From positions 310,001 to 374,000 of the forward strand of contig OZ237736.1 in NCBI GenBank assembly GCA_965178125.1: a DNA stretch of 64,000 nucleotides. The letters run 5' to 3'. The notes below the pieces were generated by a model. It was given only the letters and a program-made list of their open reading frames with translations. It was not told where the DNA came from and did not search any database. Source of the DNA: Bilabrum cf. latius. Its lineage: Eukaryota. A program made the translations under genes and the position numbers. Shown piece after piece: positions 60,430-64,000 of the stretch. The stretch's first letter is position 1, and each line of letters opens with the position of its first letter.

Positions 60430-63400
60430 TCATTGAGCAAGTGAGCTCGCCAATTTGTGCACATCGCCAGCACTCGCTGGCTTGCCCAATACTCCATTCA
60501 GCCCGACCGCCTTGAACGCCTCCAAGTCTTCGCCTAGCGCGTCCCCAGTCAGGCCCACGATCATAAACTGAGATCCAAACTTCGCCCGGATCGCTCGGGT
60601 CGCCTCCACACCGTCCATTACCGGCATAGACTTATCCATGATTATGAGACCCAGCCAGCCGATGCTAGAGTATCCATGGCCGTCATCTTCGCCTGCAGTT
60701 GCAGTGGCGACCTGCACACCAGCAGCGACACCACGTACTGGACTCTCTCCCGCACATCTCTTCCGGCACGCTTCCACTGCCTCCTTACCGTGCGCGGCCT
60801 GGTATACCTGGTAGCCCATCCTGCGCAGGCCCCTAGCCAGGAGCTTCCTATTTGTGGGCACATCGTCAACAACCAGGCACCAGGCCTTCAAGCTGTCTTG
60901 TGCTGCTGCCATGCTTGCATCAGTGGTCGAAGCTTGTGACGCTCGGTGGCTGCTAGTTGTGTGTGATGCTGCGTGCAGACCAAGGGATGGCTGCGGTGCC
61001 ATGTCAGACCCATAGGTACCGTCGCCCCAGCTTGATTTCGAGCCACCCCTGCTACTTTGCTCTGCCTGCCTCGCTGCCTTGGATCGCTTCGAGCTTACGA
61101 CGCGGCGCTTCTACGCAGCCTATGGTCCATTGTCGCCGGACTGAACGACGAAACGCTAGGATCTAGATGCTGATGACCCGGCACGCCCCCGACCGTCGTT
61201 GACTTCGCCCTCCTCTGAGTGCAACAAGCTCTCGCCGTTCGTGCTTCTCCCGTTGCTGCTCTCACCATCGACGGAGTCCAAACACGACCCGTAGCTTCCC
61301 ATTTCTAGCTTTCCAATGCTCGTTAGGAGCAGCCTTCCGTTACCGAGTGACGAGAATTGAGTCGTGCTCTCCTTCTGGCTGCCACTGGTTGCAGCAGGCG
61401 ACGCCGAGTCATCGCACAGGCGAAGCGGGCCCAGTTCAAACGAAAACGTGCTGCCTTTGCCTTCTCCTTCACTGCAAGCGCCCAGATCCCCGCCCATCTG
61501 ACGAGCGATCCCGCGTGAGATGTACAGGCCCAGACCGGAGGAGGACCCCGCGTATTCCACGCCGTGCCTGGTCTGCTTGTACGGGCTGAATAGCTCATGA
61601 AGGTCTGCTTCTGATATGCCACACCCCGTATCAGAGACAGCAATGACAATCCTAGCGTTCGTCGGGGCCTTAATCCTTCCCTTTTCGTCCCGGGCGAGGC
61701 TGCCTCCTAGCAAGATACCGCTGTCGCTGTCGAGAGAAGAGGGCTCCACCTTGCCGGAAGGCGCCTAGCCGTCAGCGACGACAGTGACCTCAACCCCGCC
61801 GTTGTCATGTGCTGGCTGCTTTCTGATCGAACTGAACAAGTCGCTCGGTACCACCTTGGCGGACTTAGACGCTTGCGACCCTCCAGCCGACGATGAGCTG
61901 GACTGCCGAGCACTGCGTGCCCCTGCCGAGCGCGCGACAGAAGCTGCAGTTGTGCTAGTCTTCATGCCTGCGCGTCCTTCCGCACCGGGCGACTGCGTGT
62001 CTGAACTGACAGCGCCAGAGCTCCCATCCTTTGCCGCGGCAGCAGGTTCGACCACCTCCAGCCTGGCCCGGATGCGGACGCAGCCGCCCACCGGTGTAAA
62101 CTTCAGAGCATTTGACACAAGATTTGCTACAACCTGCTTGATCCGCACGGGGTCGCCTCGGATGTGACCCGGGACGTCGTCGCCGATCGCCACGTCGAGA
62201 GCGATGCCCCGGCTATCGGCCGTTCGCTGGAAGGTCGCAACGATGTCGTCCAGCACCTGAGGCACGTCCACTACTTCGTCCCGCAGCTTCAGCCTGCCCT
62301 GCTCGATGCGCTGGGCCTCGAGCACGTCATCGAAGATGCACTGCAGCCCCTTGCATCCTTCTTGCTGGGACCGGAGCACGTCCAATGCCTCCCTGACCTC
62401 CTGGCGCAGCTCACCACTGGCAACGGTATCTGCCTTGGACCCGCTAGTGCCGCTTGTCCTCCTGCCCCGGCTGTGTCGAACTGAAGAGAGCGCCTTGATT
62501 CGAGTCAGGCTCGCCTCCAGCTCGGATACTGCCAGAGACACCGCCTGAAGAGGCACCCGGGCCTCGTGGAAGATGTACCTGGTGAACTGCTGGATGGTGT
62601 TCAGCCTCGTGTCGGCAGCCTCTCGCTTGTACACCTGTGCTTGCGCTGCCTGCTTCGCGACGAGGTACAGGTCGCTGTGGAGAATGGCTGCAGACGTCAT
62701 GTACCGAAGAATGACGACGAGGATGTCGGTGCAGAAAACGAGAATGTCGCCGATGTCCGGCCCGACTAAAATGTCGATGTAGTAGTTGATGCCAGCGACG
62801 TACACGAGGATCAACACGGCTGCAGGCACGTTTACGCGAGAGCAGCAGCTGGGTGGAGGACCTTTTTCGGCTTGCTCCGAGGGCGAGGCATTGCTTTCTT
62901 CATTGCCTAGGATTGAGCTGGTGGGGTCCACGAGGTACACGGCTGGGTCACCACTCCGTCGGCTGCTCGGTGTGCCACCACCGAGGTCGAAATCGAGCCA
63001 GGGGGCCAGGTAAGGGTCCATTTGAAACCGAAACATTTCACCAAACACCAGAATCGCGGAAAGCAAGACTCCGAGGCCAAAGGGTATCTAGAGCGGGCTT
63101 CCAATATACTGCGCCAGAAAGCCGGAGACTACCATCAGTACCAAGGCAATCGACATTGCGACGACTCGCCGCAGCCTGAGTCGAACGACCAACTATCCAT
63201 CGTTCGAAAGAGCAGCTGCGCTTGAAATTGCAATAATCGCCCGGTGGTGATAGCCTGGGTGTCCCAGAACCGTTATACCATACGATAAATGCAAGCTAAG
63301 GAATGCATAGGCGGATCCAACCTGCGGAAAGCTGGGTGTAACACGTGTACATTCAATGATGATTCGATATACTGGCACTGTCCATAAATACACCCAGGCG

Positions 63401-63750
63401 ATTCCGGTACTCACTGCTGTGTCAAACAGAAACATTGAGGCCAGGTACATCCGTGATTTGGACGTGTCCAAGAAGGCCAGGCCGCACAATGCCAGCATGC
63501 CATGCAGAAGAAACGCACTTGACAGGGCGGCGTGCATAACTCTATCTGAGAAATCGACTGGACCCGTGCAATCCTGAGACAGTACGAAGCAGGTCGTCGT
63601 GAAGCTCCAAAAGCAACAGAGCGCTGACAGTATCAGCATGGTCAGGTACAATATCCATTCATCAAAAAAATTAGACACCATACCAATGCTGGAATAGGCA
63701 CTTGCCCTATCCGTTGCGATCCGCCTTTGGGAAAGGATATATATCTTCAT
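60430..63750 (-). CDS. multi-TM hybrid sensor histidine kinase (HisKA, HATPase_c, REC)
   Basis: H-box YIFHEARVPLQAV, N-box NLVSNALKFT, G1 VSDTGCGI, G2 SSGLGLYIS, GKGSTFSF, and REC VVDD..MDKSMPVMDG..GKP. Domains are joined across TAGs; ends at TGA. Start uncertain (63861, 63750 or 63681). Confidence 0.9.
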
Positions 63751-64000
63751 CTTCTAATGCCGAGTCGCACAAGATGGTCGCACTGCAAAAAACCTTGTGG
63801 ACTATGATAGCAGGTGTAAAGAATCACGAATTGCTGTTACACCTGCTCTATCCGGTGACATCACAACACTTAGCTGAATTACTGGCGAATACCGTCAATA
63901 AATATTGGAAAGCGATCCGCCAAGAATATCAGATTCGGCATTTGTAACGTGAGAAAAAAAACACCGGCACCGCATTCATGCGCCCAGTTGCAAAGAACGA

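Noticed and set aside
452-63750. Mass pseudogenisation or C-to-T sequencing damage as the cause of the in-frame stops
   Set aside because: Only TAG occurs internally. There are no internal TAA/TGA or frameshifts, catalytic motifs are intact, and essential genes are affected.
1-64000. tRNA-Gln(CUA), other tRNA/rRNA genes or eRF1
   Set aside because: No convincing cloverleaf or rRNA sequence was seen by eye, and the GTTCGA matches I checked lie inside CDS. tRNAscan-SE is needed.

Overview
Gene-dense, GC-rich, intron-poor eukaryotic nuclear DNA. It looks like a flagellated protist; a Cafeteria-like bicosoecid stramenopile is suggested by gene style only. The supplied ORF track is fragmented because TAG is not a stop here. 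Read with TAG=Gln and TAA/TGA as stops, about 21 genes become continuous, and TAG falls on conserved Gln positions: LIG1 YRD*PQI, Mrr/RRG7 V*CK, DRC3 SV*LSF, BIN4 CL*L, plus six TAG/CAG swaps between paralogs. Genes include DNA ligase I, chorismate synthase, SmG, TVP23, DRC3, a BIN4-like protein, an RRG7-like nuclease, a nitrilase, an NMT1/THI5-like protein, a GT4 glycosyltransferase, a hybrid histidine kinase, a NOXRED1-like protein, MIT, C2H2 and RI-type LRR proteins, and a TPR fusion to a degenerate diflavin reductase. A tandem duplication (about 26.5-43.3 kb) carries two ~2100-aa surface receptors: a 7-blade RCC1-like propeller with variable loops, 13-14 homogenised 53-aa BspA-type LRR units, Cys-rich repeats and TM helices. 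A 5'-truncated RLE-type non-LTR retroelement, also using TAG as sense, is inserted upstream of the second copy. All homology calls come from remembered family motifs, not from searches.
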